Shown: positions 21,031-30,800 of the stretch, in pieces | Layout: each line of letters begins with the position of its first letter | Numbering within the stretch: position 1 is the stretch's first letter | Source of the DNA: Syntrophales bacterium | Lineage (GTDB): Bacteria; Desulfobacterota; Syntrophia; Syntrophales; Fen-1087 | Reading direction: 5' to 3' | Length of the DNA: 64,000 nt | Assembly: GCA_034678725.1 (NCBI GenBank) | Contig: JAXDBM010000033.1 | Location: 1,308-65,307 of the forward strand | Notes under the pieces: generated by a model | Told to the model about the DNA's origin: nothing | Database searches by the model: none | Seen by the model: the letters and a program-made list of their open reading frames with translations, nothing else | Translations under genes and position numbers: made by a program

Positions 21031-22067
21031 ACATCCTGATCGTCAAGCTGAGTGCCATCGGCGACGTCATCCACACGCTGCCGGCCCTGTCCGCGCTGAG
21101 GAGACGCTATCCCGATGCCGACATCACCTGGGTCGTCGAGGAGGCCGCGTCGGACCTGATCCGGGGGCACCCGCACCTGGACCGGGTGATCGTCTCGCGC
21201 CGAAAGCGCTGGATGGACGATCTTCTGAACCGCCGGGGCGGCCTCGCCTGGAGAGAGATGCGGCAGTTTTTCGGGGAGTTGAGAAGCCGCCGGTATGATC
21301 TGGTCATCGATTTTCACGGTCTGTTCAAAAGCGCCGCGATCGTATGGCTGAGCGGCGGAGGAAGGAAACTGGGTTATGACAGCATGCAGGAGCTGAGCGG
21401 TCTTTTCTACAACGAGAAGATTCCGGAGGACATGAGCAGGCATGCCGTTGACCGCTATTTGGATTTTGTCCGATATCTGGGCGCGGATCCGGTCGCGCCG
21501 GAATTTGTCATCTCCGTCGACAGGGAAAACCGAACCCGCGCCGGGAACCTTTTGAAGGAGTCCGGAATCGGGAGCGGGAAGGGCTTTGTGGCGGTCAGCC
21601 CCCAGGCGCTTTGGGAGACGAAGCTCTGGGAGGACGAAAAATTTGCCCGTTTGTGCGATCGGATCGTCCGCGGGCTGGACCGTCCGGTGGTCCTTACGGG
21701 CAGCGATGCGGAGGCAGTTGCGCGGATCCGGTCGCACATGACCGCTCACTGCGTCAGTCTGGCGGGTCGGACGACCCTGCGGGACCTGGCCTGCGTCTTT
21801 CAGGAGGCGGCGCTTCTGGTCACAACGGATTCCGGACCCATGCATCTGGCGGCGGCGGTGAGGACTCCCGTTGTCGCCCTTTTCGGCCCCACGGACCCCG
21901 GACGGACGGGCCCTTACGGGGACGGCCACGTCGTCTTGCGCAGGGAGATGGCCTGCAGCCCCTGTTTTGCCAAAACCTGCGAAACGAAGCGCTGCATGCG
22001 GGAAATTACGGTGGAAGAGGTCTATGAAGCCGTCCGGGGGAAACTGACGGAACACGGCGGGGGATGA
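21027..22067 (+). CDS. waaC: LPS heptosyltransferase I-like (GT9)
   Basis: MNILIVKLSAIGDVIHTLP, DFHGLFKS, DSGPMHLAAA; ATG 21027 overlaps the gmhB stop. Confidence 0.8.
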   Translation: MNILIVKLSAIGDVIHTLPALSALRRRYPDADITWVVEEAASDLIRGHPHLDRVIVSRRKRWMDDLLNRRGGLAWREMRQFFGELRSRRYDLVIDFHGLFKSAAIVWLSGGGRKLGYDSMQELSGLFYNEKIPEDMSRHAVDRYLDFVRYLGADPVAPEFVISVDRENRTRAGNLLKESGIGSGKGFVAVSPQALWETKLWEDEKFARLCDRIVRGLDRPVVLTGSDAEAVARIRSHMTAHCVSLAGRTTLRDLACVFQEAALLVTTDSGPMHLAAAVRTPVVALFGPTDPGRTGPYGDGHVVLRREMACSPCFAKTCETKRCMREITVEEVYEAVRGKLTEHGGG

Positions 22068-22182
22068 ATCCGGCTTGGCAGGGGATTGGAAGGATCGATC
22101 GGCGGGTCCATCGCTTTGAAGGTCGTGAAGGCCGTTCGAGAGGATTCGCGTGAAACCGATCAATAGAAGGGAGAAAGGGACG

Positions 22183-23163
22183 ATGCATTATTTGATCACC
22201 GGCGGGGCCGGATTCATCGGCTCCAACATCGCCGAGACGCTGGTGAGGCAAGGCGGGAAGGTTCGCGTCCTCGACAATTTCTCCACGGGCAAGCGGGAGA
22301 ATCTCGCTGTCCTTCGCTCCTTGTCAAAAACAAAAACGGGAGATCCGGTAGAGATTATCGAGGGCGATGTCCGCGATCCGGATGCCTGCAAACGGGCTGT
22401 TCAGGGCGTTGACTATGTTCTTCACCATGCCGCGATGGTTTCCGTTTCCCAGTCCGTTTCCGAACCCCTTCTGTGCAATGCCGTCAATGTCACCGGCACC
22501 CTGAACATGCTCATTGCCGCCCGGGACAGCGGGGTCAGGCGCTTCGTGCTGGCCTCTTCGTCCGCCGTTTACGGCGACGGGGAGCGGGAGGCGGTCCCGG
22601 AGCTTCATGAGATCCCGAAAGCCCGCCGCGAGGATATGCCGGTGGATCCCATGACGCCCTATGCCGTCAGCAAGCTGATCGGCGAAAGCTACTGCCGGAT
22701 CTTTTGCCGCCTTTACGGTCTCGAAACGGTCTGCCTTCGCTATTTCAACGTATTCGGGCCCCGGCAGGACCACCGCTCGGAATACGCTGCCGTGATCCCC
22801 AAATTCATCGATGCCCTCCGTCACGGTCGCAGGCCCGTGATCTATGGCGACGGGCTGCAGTCGCGGGATTTTGTCTTTGTCGGGGACGTGGTCCTGGCCA
22901 ATCTTCGAGCCTGTGTCGCGCCCGGGGCCGCCGTGGGCCGCGTTTTCAATGTGGCCAGCCACCGTGCCGTCACGCTGCTCGAACTGCTCGACGCCCTGAA
23001 AACGATCCTCGACAGCGACCTGGCCCCGATTTTTTCCGAGGCGCGACAGGGGGATATCCGCCACTCCTGGGCGGAGAACGCCCTCGCCCGGGAATTCCTC
23101 GAATTCTCGCCAGCCGTTTCGCTTCAGGAGGGCCTCGAACGGCTCATTCGGTCCGAGGGGTAG
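22183..23163 (+). CDS. NAD-dependent nucleotide-sugar epimerase (extended SDR, WbpP-like)
   Basis: ITGGAGFIGS, YAVSK, LRYFNVFGPRQD, YAAVIPKF. Confidence 0.9.
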   Translation: MHYLITGGAGFIGSNIAETLVRQGGKVRVLDNFSTGKRENLAVLRSLSKTKTGDPVEIIEGDVRDPDACKRAVQGVDYVLHHAAMVSVSQSVSEPLLCNAVNVTGTLNMLIAARDSGVRRFVLASSSAVYGDGEREAVPELHEIPKARREDMPVDPMTPYAVSKLIGESYCRIFCRLYGLETVCLRYFNVFGPRQDHRSEYAAVIPKFIDALRHGRRPVIYGDGLQSRDFVFVGDVVLANLRACVAPGAAVGRVFNVASHRAVTLLELLDALKTILDSDLAPIFSEARQGDIRHSWAENALAREFLEFSPAVSLQEGLERLIRSEG

Positions 23164-23246
23164 CGCGTCGGGAATGGGGGATGAAAAAACGGTTCTTGGA
23201 AACGGTTTGGGTAAGGGCAGGAACGGAAAAGACAGGGGGATGGGAG

Positions 23247-23417
23247 ATGACGATCAGTGAGGAGTTGCTGGAGATTCTGGTATGCCCCAGGTGCAAGGGC
23301 GATATCTATCTGAATGAAGCGAAGGACGGTCTGATCTGCGACCGCTGCCGGCTCCTGTACGAGATCCGGGACGGCATCCCGATTATGCTGATCGATGAGG
23401 CGAAACCACTTTTATGA
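23247..23417 (+). CDS. Trm112/YcaR family protein
   Basis: LLEILVCPRCKG...C..C...YEIRDGIPIMLIDEA; the last 56 aa of the 22704..23417 ORF. Confidence 0.9.
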   Translation: MTISEELLEILVCPRCKGDIYLNEAKDGLICDRCRLLYEIRDGIPIMLIDEAKPLL

Positions 23418-24380
23418 CGGCTTTTGATGCCACCGCCAGGCGGTTTCGATGATCGCGGCGAGGTCGGCGAATCGCGGGCGCCAGCCAAGGGTGTCCCGGG
23501 CCTTCAGCGTGCTCCCGATCAGCGCCGGCGGGTCGCCGGCGCGCCGGCCGGTCTCAATGCATCGAATGGACCGCCCGGTAATTTTTTCGGCGGCCCGAAT
23601 GACCTCCCGTACGGAAAAGCCGCTTCCGTTCCCGAGGTTGAAAGAATCGCTCGGGCCGCCGCCGCGAAGGTATTCCAGGGCCTGAATGTGGGCATCGGCC
23701 AGGTCGGTGACGTGGATGTAATCGCGAATGCACGTCCCGTCGGGGGTTTCGTAATCGGTGCCGAAGATCTTCACGTCGGGCCGCCGGCCGGAGGCGGCAT
23801 CGAGAACCAGCGGGATCAGGTGGGTTTCCGGGTTGTGCCACTCGCCGACTTCGGCGTCGGGATCGGCCCCCGCGGCATTGAAATAGCGGAGGTTGACATG
23901 CCGGATCCCGTAGGCGCGCTCGTAATCCCTGAGGATCTGCTCGATCATGAACTTGCTCCAGCCGTAGGGATTAACAGGCGACTGGGGGTGATCTTCCGTC
24001 AGCGGGACCTGGCGTGGCAAACCGTAGGTGGAGCAGGTGGACGAAAAGATCAGGCAGGGAACATCGAACTCGCGCATGGCGTCCAGAAGGTTCAGGGTGT
24101 TGGCGACGTTGTTGCGGTAGTACTTCGCCGGGTCGATGACGGACTCGCCCACGTAGGCATAGGCACAGAAGTGCATGACGGCTTCGATCGGGTACTTCTG
24201 AAAGCAGAGACGGACCTGGTTCCCGTCGGCAAGGTCTCCCAGGACGAATTCTCCCCATCTTGCGAACGACCGGTGTCCGTAAACCAGATTGTCAAAGACC
24301 ACCGTGTCATATCCGCGCTGGTGGAACAGCTTGTTTGCATGCGAGCCGATATAGCCCGCCCCGCCGGCGATGAGAATCAT
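23412..24380 (-). CDS. galE: UDP-glucose 4-epimerase
   Basis: GGAGYIGSH, AYVGES, PYGWSK, LRYFNAAGA, DGTCIRDYIHV. Confidence 0.95.
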   Translation of the reverse strand: MILIAGGAGYIGSHANKLFHQRGYDTVVFDNLVYGHRSFARWGEFVLGDLADGNQVRLCFQKYPIEAVMHFCAYAYVGESVIDPAKYYRNNVANTLNLLDAMREFDVPCLIFSSTCSTYGLPRQVPLTEDHPQSPVNPYGWSKFMIEQILRDYERAYGIRHVNLRYFNAAGADPDAEVGEWHNPETHLIPLVLDAASGRRPDVKIFGTDYETPDGTCIRDYIHVTDLADAHIQALEYLRGGGPSDSFNLGNGSGFSVREVIRAAEKITGRSIRCIETGRRAGDPPALIGSTLKARDTLGWRPRFADLAAIIETAWRWHQKPS

Positions 24381-24404
24381 GGAAGACCGCCTTTCCCCTT
24401 TTCC

Positions 24405-26306
24405 CTATAAAATGCTTTCCGCCTCTTGAGGCTTGTATTCCGGAACGATTTCCTGAAGCTTCTTCTTGATGTCGCGGGCGTCATGACGTCTGGCCGCATC
24501 GTACAGCGCCTCCAGTTTGGTGGAGAGCCCTTCTCGGGAAGATGCGTCATGAAGGGAAGCGTTTCCCTGCCCGTTTGGACGCAGCACCATGATTTTTTCA
24601 TGCTGTGTCGCGACGATGCCTTCGCCCACGGTAATGAGCTCTTCGTAGAGCTTCTCTCCCTCTCGAAGCCCGGTGTAGACAATCTGGATATCCCGGTCCG
24701 GCTCTTTTCCGGAAAGCCGGATCAGGTCTCTTGCCATGTCGGCGATCTTCACGGGCGTGCCCATCTCGAGAATGAACACTTCACCCCCCTCGCCGATCGC
24801 GCCCGCCTGAATGATCAGTTGCACCGCTTCGGGAATGGTCATGAAATAGCGGGTCACGTCGGGGTGCGTAACCGTCACGGGACCGCCCTGCTCGATCTGC
24901 CGCCGAAAAATCGGGATTACGGAGCCCGATGAACCGACCACGTTTCCGAAACGGACGGCCATGAATCTTCCGCCGTCTGGTTTGCGGGATTGAAGCATGA
25001 TCTCGGTGATGCGCTTGCTGGCGCCCATGACGTTCGTGGGTCGCACAGCCTTGTCCGTCGAGACAAGGACAAGGCATTCGATGCCGTGCTTGCGGGCCAT
25101 TTCGATGATGACGGCGCTGCCCTGGATGTTGTTCAGAACGGCCTCCCAAGGGTTTTTTTCCAGCATGGGGACGTGCTTGTAGGCTGCCGCATGGAAAACC
25201 ACCTGGGGCTGATAGGTTGTGCAGACCCGATCCATCAGCGCAACATCCTGAACGTGGCCCAGAATGGCCCGGCAGCGGTTGAAATAGAGTTCGTGCCGAA
25301 GCTCCATCTGGATTTTAAAGAGGTTTTCCTCGCTTGCGTCAAACAGGATCAGATTCTGCGGTTGAAAGGGGACGACCTGGCGGCAGAGTTCGGCGCCGAT
25401 GGAACCGCCGCACCCCGTAATCAGGATCGTCCTTCCCTCGAGATAATGGCTGATGCTCTGCTTGTCCAGTTGAACGGGCGGCCGGCCCAGCAGGTCCTCG
25501 TAGCTGATGTCTCTGAGCTTTTTGATGCTGACCCGGCCATCGATGATTTCACCCATGCTGGGCAGGGTCTTGTATTCGATGCCGCAATCCTTGCAGATCT
25601 TCAGAATTCGCCGCATCCGGTCTCCGCTTGCCGAAGGGATGGCGATCAACGCCTCCCGGACCTCCCATTTGTCCGCGAGATAGGGCAGATGGTCGATTTT
25701 TCCGATGACGGGAATGCCGTGTATGGACCTCCCTTGTTTTTCGGGATCGTCATCGACGAAACCGATCACATGATAGTCCAATTGCTCGTTTTCATTGAGT
25801 TCTCGCAGCGTTTTCTCGCCCGTGTTGCCGGCGCCGATGATGAGGATGGGATGCGATTCCCCGTCCTTTTTCTGAAAGGGGCTCCAGCCGCTCAGATGCA
25901 TCCCGCCCGTGTAGTGGTATCGAATGATCAATCTCAGTCCTCCCGTCAGGAGGAACGTCAGCACGCCGTCCATCAGAAAAACGGCGCGGGAATAGCCAAG
26001 GAATCTGTAAATATACAGGATAATCGCCATGATCAGGAGCGTTGAAAGAACGCTTGCCTGAAGCAGATGACCGAAATCCCCGACGCTGGTGTATCGCCAC
26101 ATGCCGCGGTAGAGGCCGAGTCCGAAAAAAATGAAGACTTTCAGTGGGATGATCCAGATCAGGGTCGTTTGGAACTGATGAATGAAATGCGGATCGATGT
26201 CGAAGTCGAAACGGAGAAGGTGAGCGATGTAGTATGCCGCGGCGAAAAGAGCCGCATCACATAATATCATCAGATAGAGCTTCGGATTGACCAGTTGCCT
26301 GTGCAT
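24405..26306 (-). CDS. Membrane-anchored UDP-GlcNAc 4,6-dehydratase (CapD/PglF/WbpM type)
   Basis: N-terminal TM helices, GCGGSIG, HAAAYKHVP, STDKAVRPTNVMGASK, VRFGNV, GEKLYEEL. Confidence 0.93.
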   Translation of the reverse strand: MHRQLVNPKLYLMILCDAALFAAAYYIAHLLRFDFDIDPHFIHQFQTTLIWIIPLKVFIFFGLGLYRGMWRYTSVGDFGHLLQASVLSTLLIMAIILYIYRFLGYSRAVFLMDGVLTFLLTGGLRLIIRYHYTGGMHLSGWSPFQKKDGESHPILIIGAGNTGEKTLRELNENEQLDYHVIGFVDDDPEKQGRSIHGIPVIGKIDHLPYLADKWEVREALIAIPSASGDRMRRILKICKDCGIEYKTLPSMGEIIDGRVSIKKLRDISYEDLLGRPPVQLDKQSISHYLEGRTILITGCGGSIGAELCRQVVPFQPQNLILFDASEENLFKIQMELRHELYFNRCRAILGHVQDVALMDRVCTTYQPQVVFHAAAYKHVPMLEKNPWEAVLNNIQGSAVIIEMARKHGIECLVLVSTDKAVRPTNVMGASKRITEIMLQSRKPDGGRFMAVRFGNVVGSSGSVIPIFRRQIEQGGPVTVTHPDVTRYFMTIPEAVQLIIQAGAIGEGGEVFILEMGTPVKIADMARDLIRLSGKEPDRDIQIVYTGLREGEKLYEELITVGEGIVATQHEKIMVLRPNGQGNASLHDASSREGLSTKLEALYDAARRHDARDIKKKLQEIVPEYKPQEAESIL

Positions 26307-26324
26307 TTTTCGAGTCTTCGCCTG

Positions 26325-26891
26325 TTAGTGCCGGACCCCTTCGGCCTTGATAACTTTTAATATTGTCATATACAATATTTTCATGTCAAAGAAGAACGAC
26401 TTTTTATCCAGATAGTATGAATCATATTCGACTTTTTTCGGTATCGGAAGGTCGTCGCGGCCGTTGACCTGAGCCCACCCGGTGATGCCCGGAACGATTT
26501 TATGAACGCCCTTCAGCGTCCGCAGGCGGATCAGGTCGTCCTGATTGAACAAGGCCGGCCGCGGACCGACAAAACTCATGTCGCCTTTCAGAATGCTCCA
26601 GAGTTGGGGAAGTTCGTCCAGACTGAATTTACGGAGAAAGGAGCCGACCGGCGTCAGGTATTCATCCGGATTCTTCAGCAGATGCGTCGCCACCGCCGGG
26701 GTGTCGATGCGCATGGTCCGGAATTTGGGCATCCTGAATATCCCGTTTTGCAGCCCCACCCGCTCGGACCAGTACAGGATCGGTCCTTCGGAACTCTTTT
26801 TCACCAACAGCGCGATCAACAGCATCGGGACGGCAAAGATGCCGGACAGGATGACGGCCATGACGAAATCAAAAATGCGTTTGGCGTTCAC
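26325..26891 (-). CDS. Initiating phosphoglycosyl transferase (PglC-type)
   Basis: KRIFD, KFRTM, SLDELPQL, GDMSFVGPRP, PGITGWAQVNGR. Confidence 0.93.
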   Translation of the reverse strand: MNAKRIFDFVMAVILSGIFAVPMLLIALLVKKSSEGPILYWSERVGLQNGIFRMPKFRTMRIDTPAVATHLLKNPDEYLTPVGSFLRKFSLDELPQLWSILKGDMSFVGPRPALFNQDDLIRLRTLKGVHKIVPGITGWAQVNGRDDLPIPKKVEYDSYYLDKKSFFFDMKILYMTILKVIKAEGVRH

Positions 26892-27895
26892 AGGGCGCCT
26901 GCCCGCCGCATTTCCCGAACGGTCTCCCGCCAGCCGGCCGTCAGGTCGTAGCCCGGAAGGAAACCGAGCTCCTGCTGAATGCGACTACCGTCCACAGCCA
27001 TGTCCTCTGCGTACTTGGAAAGGGCTGCCACAGTCTGCGGCAACGGGAGACGGGTGCGTCTCAGGATTTTTTCCAGCATTGACGCCGCCCGAAGCGCCGG
27101 CGCAAGAGGGAGCGAGTAACCAGGGGGGGGCCGTTCGAGGGCATCGCAGAGGGTTGCAATGATGGTTTTCATGCTGTGAAAGCGACCGTCCGTAACGTTG
27201 AACACCCGCCCCGCCGCGTTTGAATGGGTTGCCGCCAGCACGGCGGCACGGCCGACATCTTTGTCATAAATCAGGGATCTACGGTTCGAGCCGTCGCCGA
27301 CGGGAATGAAACGGCCCGCTGCCAGAGAGCGGAGCAGGCGCTCGTAATTCCCCTTGATTCCCGGTCCGTAGACGGCGCCGAGCCGAAGGGCAGCACCGAT
27401 GCGGCTGCCGTCTTCGCCCTTGGCATCCAGGACGATTTTCTCCGCCGCCAGTTTGGTTTGGGCATAGTCGGTGTCGGGGCAGGGCGGCGTGTCTTCGGTC
27501 AGGACCTGTCCGCGGGACGGCCCGTACACGGCGATTGTGCTGAAGAGCACCACGCGGCGGACGCCCGCCTGCACGGCGGCTTCGGCGACGGTCGAAGTTC
27601 CCTGTACGTTGATTCTGACGTATCGTTCCCGCATCGAAGACGGCGGGTTCGCGATGTGCAGCAGGGCGGCCATGTGGATGACCGCGTCGGCATCTTGCAT
27701 GGCGGAAGACACGGCCGCCGGATCGGTCACATCGCCGATGCGCGCCTCCACGCCCTCAGGAAGGAATCCTGACTTCGGGGGGTCGATGGACAGGGTTCGG
27801 ATCGAAAAACCGGAAGACCGGAAGGCCTCCAAAACCGCAGGGCCGATTGCGCCGGTTGCGCCTGTAATGAGCGTAAGGGGTTTGCGTTCGTTCAC
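26888..27895 (-). CDS. NAD-dependent nucleotide-sugar epimerase/4-reductase
   Basis: ITGATGAIG, YAQTK, VYGPGIKGN; GTG 27895 overlaps the upstream stop. Confidence 0.85.
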   Translation of the reverse strand: MNERKPLTLITGATGAIGPAVLEAFRSSGFSIRTLSIDPPKSGFLPEGVEARIGDVTDPAAVSSAMQDADAVIHMAALLHIANPPSSMRERYVRINVQGTSTVAEAAVQAGVRRVVLFSTIAVYGPSRGQVLTEDTPPCPDTDYAQTKLAAEKIVLDAKGEDGSRIGAALRLGAVYGPGIKGNYERLLRSLAAGRFIPVGDGSNRRSLIYDKDVGRAAVLAATHSNAAGRVFNVTDGRFHSMKTIIATLCDALERPPPGYSLPLAPALRAASMLEKILRRTRLPLPQTVAALSKYAEDMAVDGSRIQQELGFLPGYDLTAGWRETVREMRRAGAL

Positions 27896-28695
27896 AGCCA
27901 CGTCCAGCCCCATTTGCCGAAATAGCGATACATGCTGACCACGAAGATTGCGGCCATTCTCATACTCCTGTGAGCCCCCCTCGTCCAGTAATGCGTGACG
28001 GAGGCTTCCGGGCAATACACGGTTCGGTGCCCCTCCCGCTGGATCCTGCGGCTCAGGTCGAAGTCCTCGAAATAGAGGAAGAAACGAGGATCGAATCCGC
28101 CGACTTTTTTCAGCACCGCGGTACGGCAGAGCATGAAGGCGCCGGACATCGCCTCGACGTCGCACATCCGGTCGTATCCGATGTCCCGCATTTCGTAGCG
28201 GTCCAGGCGGGTCTTCAGCAGGGGGTCAAGGACGTGTGGCGCAAATCGGCGGACAAAGAGGTCCATGACGCTCGGATAGCGCTTGTTGAGGCATTGATCC
28301 GTGCCGTCTTCGTTCAGCACCCGCGGGCAGACCATTCCGATGTCCGGGTGGAGGTCCATGAAACGAATCAGGGTCCGGATTGCTCCCGCGTGTATCAGGA
28401 TATCCGGGTTGAGGACCAGGTGGTATTTCGATGGTTCCGCTTCAAAAATGGCGCGGTTGTGCGCCCGGCCGTATCCCGCGTTTTCGCCGCCGAAATGGTA
28501 GGCAACCGGAAGGCCGTCAAAGGCGGAACGCAACGCGTCCTCCGGTGAGTTGTCCACGACGTAGAGCATCACGGAACCGTCCGTGTTCAGAAAACTGGAG
28601 GCTGCGTCCCTGACGACCGCGGGAGGATTCCTGTAAAGGACCATGGACGCGGTGCAGTCGCGCATCGGGATCCTTCTGTCTCGCTTCCCCGTCAT
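27892..28695 (-). CDS. Glycosyltransferase family 2
   Basis: VVDNS, NAGYGRAHN, LNPD, SGAFML, FFLYFEDFDL. Confidence 0.9.
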   Translation of the reverse strand: MTGKRDRRIPMRDCTASMVLYRNPPAVVRDAASSFLNTDGSVMLYVVDNSPEDALRSAFDGLPVAYHFGGENAGYGRAHNRAIFEAEPSKYHLVLNPDILIHAGAIRTLIRFMDLHPDIGMVCPRVLNEDGTDQCLNKRYPSVMDLFVRRFAPHVLDPLLKTRLDRYEMRDIGYDRMCDVEAMSGAFMLCRTAVLKKVGGFDPRFFLYFEDFDLSRRIQREGHRTVYCPEASVTHYWTRGAHRSMRMAAIFVVSMYRYFGKWGWTWL

Positions 28696-28824
28696 GGCGC
28701 GATCCGTTTTCCATGCCGCCGCACGAAGGGAAATCCGGTCACGCCTGTCCCCGTTCCGTCATTCATGCGTGGTCAGATTCCAATGGATTGTCTGTCACGA
28801 GCCGTTCTCCGGCAAGTTGAACGG

Positions 28825-29805
28825 TCATCCACCGGCCCTGCGGGTCTTCAGGCGCCGCAGCAGACCGGGCCGCTCCAGCAGGCTCCAAACGTAAGCATCA
28901 TCCACGGTTCTGCCGCTTTGTACCCGGTTCCGTTTTTGCAAGGCCCCGCTGAATCCCCTGAGGGCGTCCCGCTTCGCCCTCAGGTAATCCCCTCCCCGTC
29001 CGCACAGGACAAAATAGCCGAGAGCGGCGATGTTGTAAAGGAGATGGGGGAAGACGGTGCGAGGAATCAGCCGCGCGGGCATGTTCTGAATATAGACCCA
29101 CTCCAGATTCCGATGGCCGTAGTAAACCGAGACGGGCGAGTCGTGCACGAGACTGGCGCTTCCCCGGTGGTAGACGACCGCTTCCGGAACATAAAGGCAC
29201 TTGTACCCCCGCAACTGCGCCCGGAAACTCAGGTCAACGTCTTCGTAGAGGAGGAAAAAATCCTCGTCAAAGAATCCGATATCCTTCAGCATCGATGTCC
29301 GGTAAAGCGCCGCGCCGGCGCAGGCGCCGAAGACCCGCTCCCGGCGGCTGTAGCGGCCGGACGGTTCACCGCGGCCGCGCAGAAGCGCCGCGCCGGCCCT
29401 GCTGTACCCGTCACCGCAGCGGTCGATCACGTGCGGACGGTCGAAAGCGAGCATTCTGGAGGCGGCAAAGCCGGCCTCTTTCGCTTCGTCCAGGGCCTCG
29501 ACCAGCGCCTTGAGCCAGCCGGGATCCGCTGTGGCATCGTTGTTGAGGAGCGCCGCATAAGGCGTCGTCACGTCGGCAAGGGCGCGATTGTTGGCGGCGG
29601 CAAAGCCCAGGTTTTCCTTCAGGGCGATCAGGCGAACCTCGGGGAAGCGGCCGGATACGAACGCCGGCGAATCATCGGTGGACCCGTTGTCGACCAGGGT
29701 GACCGAAAAGGACCGGTACGTCTGCGCTCTGAGGCTCTGGATGCAGTCCTCCAGGAATTCCTTTCCGTTCCAGTTGACGATGATGATGTGGACCTGTTCT
29801 GACAT
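28825..29805 (-). CDS. Glycosyltransferase family 2
   Basis: IIVNWNG, VDNGSTD, NLGFAAANN, LLNND, YEDVDL. Confidence 0.92.
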   Translation of the reverse strand: MSEQVHIIIVNWNGKEFLEDCIQSLRAQTYRSFSVTLVDNGSTDDSPAFVSGRFPEVRLIALKENLGFAAANNRALADVTTPYAALLNNDATADPGWLKALVEALDEAKEAGFAASRMLAFDRPHVIDRCGDGYSRAGAALLRGRGEPSGRYSRRERVFGACAGAALYRTSMLKDIGFFDEDFFLLYEDVDLSFRAQLRGYKCLYVPEAVVYHRGSASLVHDSPVSVYYGHRNLEWVYIQNMPARLIPRTVFPHLLYNIAALGYFVLCGRGGDYLRAKRDALRGFSGALQKRNRVQSGRTVDDAYVWSLLERPGLLRRLKTRRAGG

Positions 29806-29816
29806 GGACAGAGGGA

Positions 29817-30776
29817 TCAGGGCGTATCCGCCGTGACCTGCGTGTAGCGGCCCTCGCCGTTCCGGCCGGACCGCCCCGCCAGGCCGTGACCGATGCCCCG
29901 CATGGCCTGCATCAGGCTTTGCAGGCGCCGCTTCTCGTATAGAACGATCAGGATCAGCATCTTGATCAGAATCAGCCGGTTCCTGCGGCGCCAGGGGCGC
30001 TGGGATGTGCGATACTGGCGGTGCAGAAGGAGGGCGTTCCGGAACTGGTAGTAGCGCCGCAGGGGCGGATGGTGCGTGGGATGCACCGTCGTTCCCACGA
30101 GAACATTTTCCTCGAGCCTGCCCATCTGATGCAGAATTTCCGCGGAATGGACTTCGATGACCTGATAGCCCAGCGTCCTCAGGCGGAGGCAGTACTCGAC
30201 ATCGACATAGTCGATGAAGAGCCCTTCATGGAAATATCCGGCCACCTCAAAGGCTCTCGAGGAGAAGAGGCTGCCCGAGGTGATCACATAGTTCGCGTCC
30301 GTCCAGGAGGGGTCGGCCGCGGGGGAAGGTCGGAGCGTGCTTCCCACGAACACGGTGCGGGGTCCGGCAACCATCAGCCGCTCCGGGTCAGGGTGGCATT
30401 TCCAGGCCTTCTTCATCCTCTCCACCATGTCCGGCGCCGGCAGGCTGTCCTGGTCGAACGTGGCGATCCAGGAAAAGCGTTCACCGCCCTTCAGGGCCGC
30501 GTGGACCCCCTGGTTCAGGGCGGCGGCGACGCCGATGTTCTCGCGGTTGCGAATGCAGGTGATCCCCTCCCGAATGCCCAGCGCCATATCCAGATTCAGC
30601 GAGGATCTGCCCGAGGTTCCGTTGTCCACGACAACCACGCGGGAGACCTGTGTGGCGATCTTCTCCAGCCGCTCCGGAAATCCCGCGTCGGGGAAGAACG
30701 TGACCACGACGGCGCAGACGCGGTCGAGCGGTTCGTCAAAGGCGTGAGGTGTCGGTTCGGTCATGGATGGATCCAT
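29817..30776 (-). CDS. Glycosyltransferase family 2 (rhamnosyltransferase-like)
   Basis: NIGVAAALNQG, TFDQDS, ITSGSL, LFIDYVDVEYCLR, RRYYQFRN. Confidence 0.88.
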   Translation of the reverse strand: MDPSMTEPTPHAFDEPLDRVCAVVVTFFPDAGFPERLEKIATQVSRVVVVDNGTSGRSSLNLDMALGIREGITCIRNRENIGVAAALNQGVHAALKGGERFSWIATFDQDSLPAPDMVERMKKAWKCHPDPERLMVAGPRTVFVGSTLRPSPAADPSWTDANYVITSGSLFSSRAFEVAGYFHEGLFIDYVDVEYCLRLRTLGYQVIEVHSAEILHQMGRLEENVLVGTTVHPTHHPPLRRYYQFRNALLLHRQYRTSQRPWRRRNRLILIKMLILIVLYEKRRLQSLMQAMRGIGHGLAGRSGRNGEGRYTQVTADTP

Positions 30777-30800
30777 CGCGATGCAGTCCGCGGTCTTCGT

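Noticed and set aside
22704-23246. Long N-terminal extension on the Trm112-like ORF
   Set aside because: Overlaps the epimerase; only the last 56 aa look real and they have their own SD.
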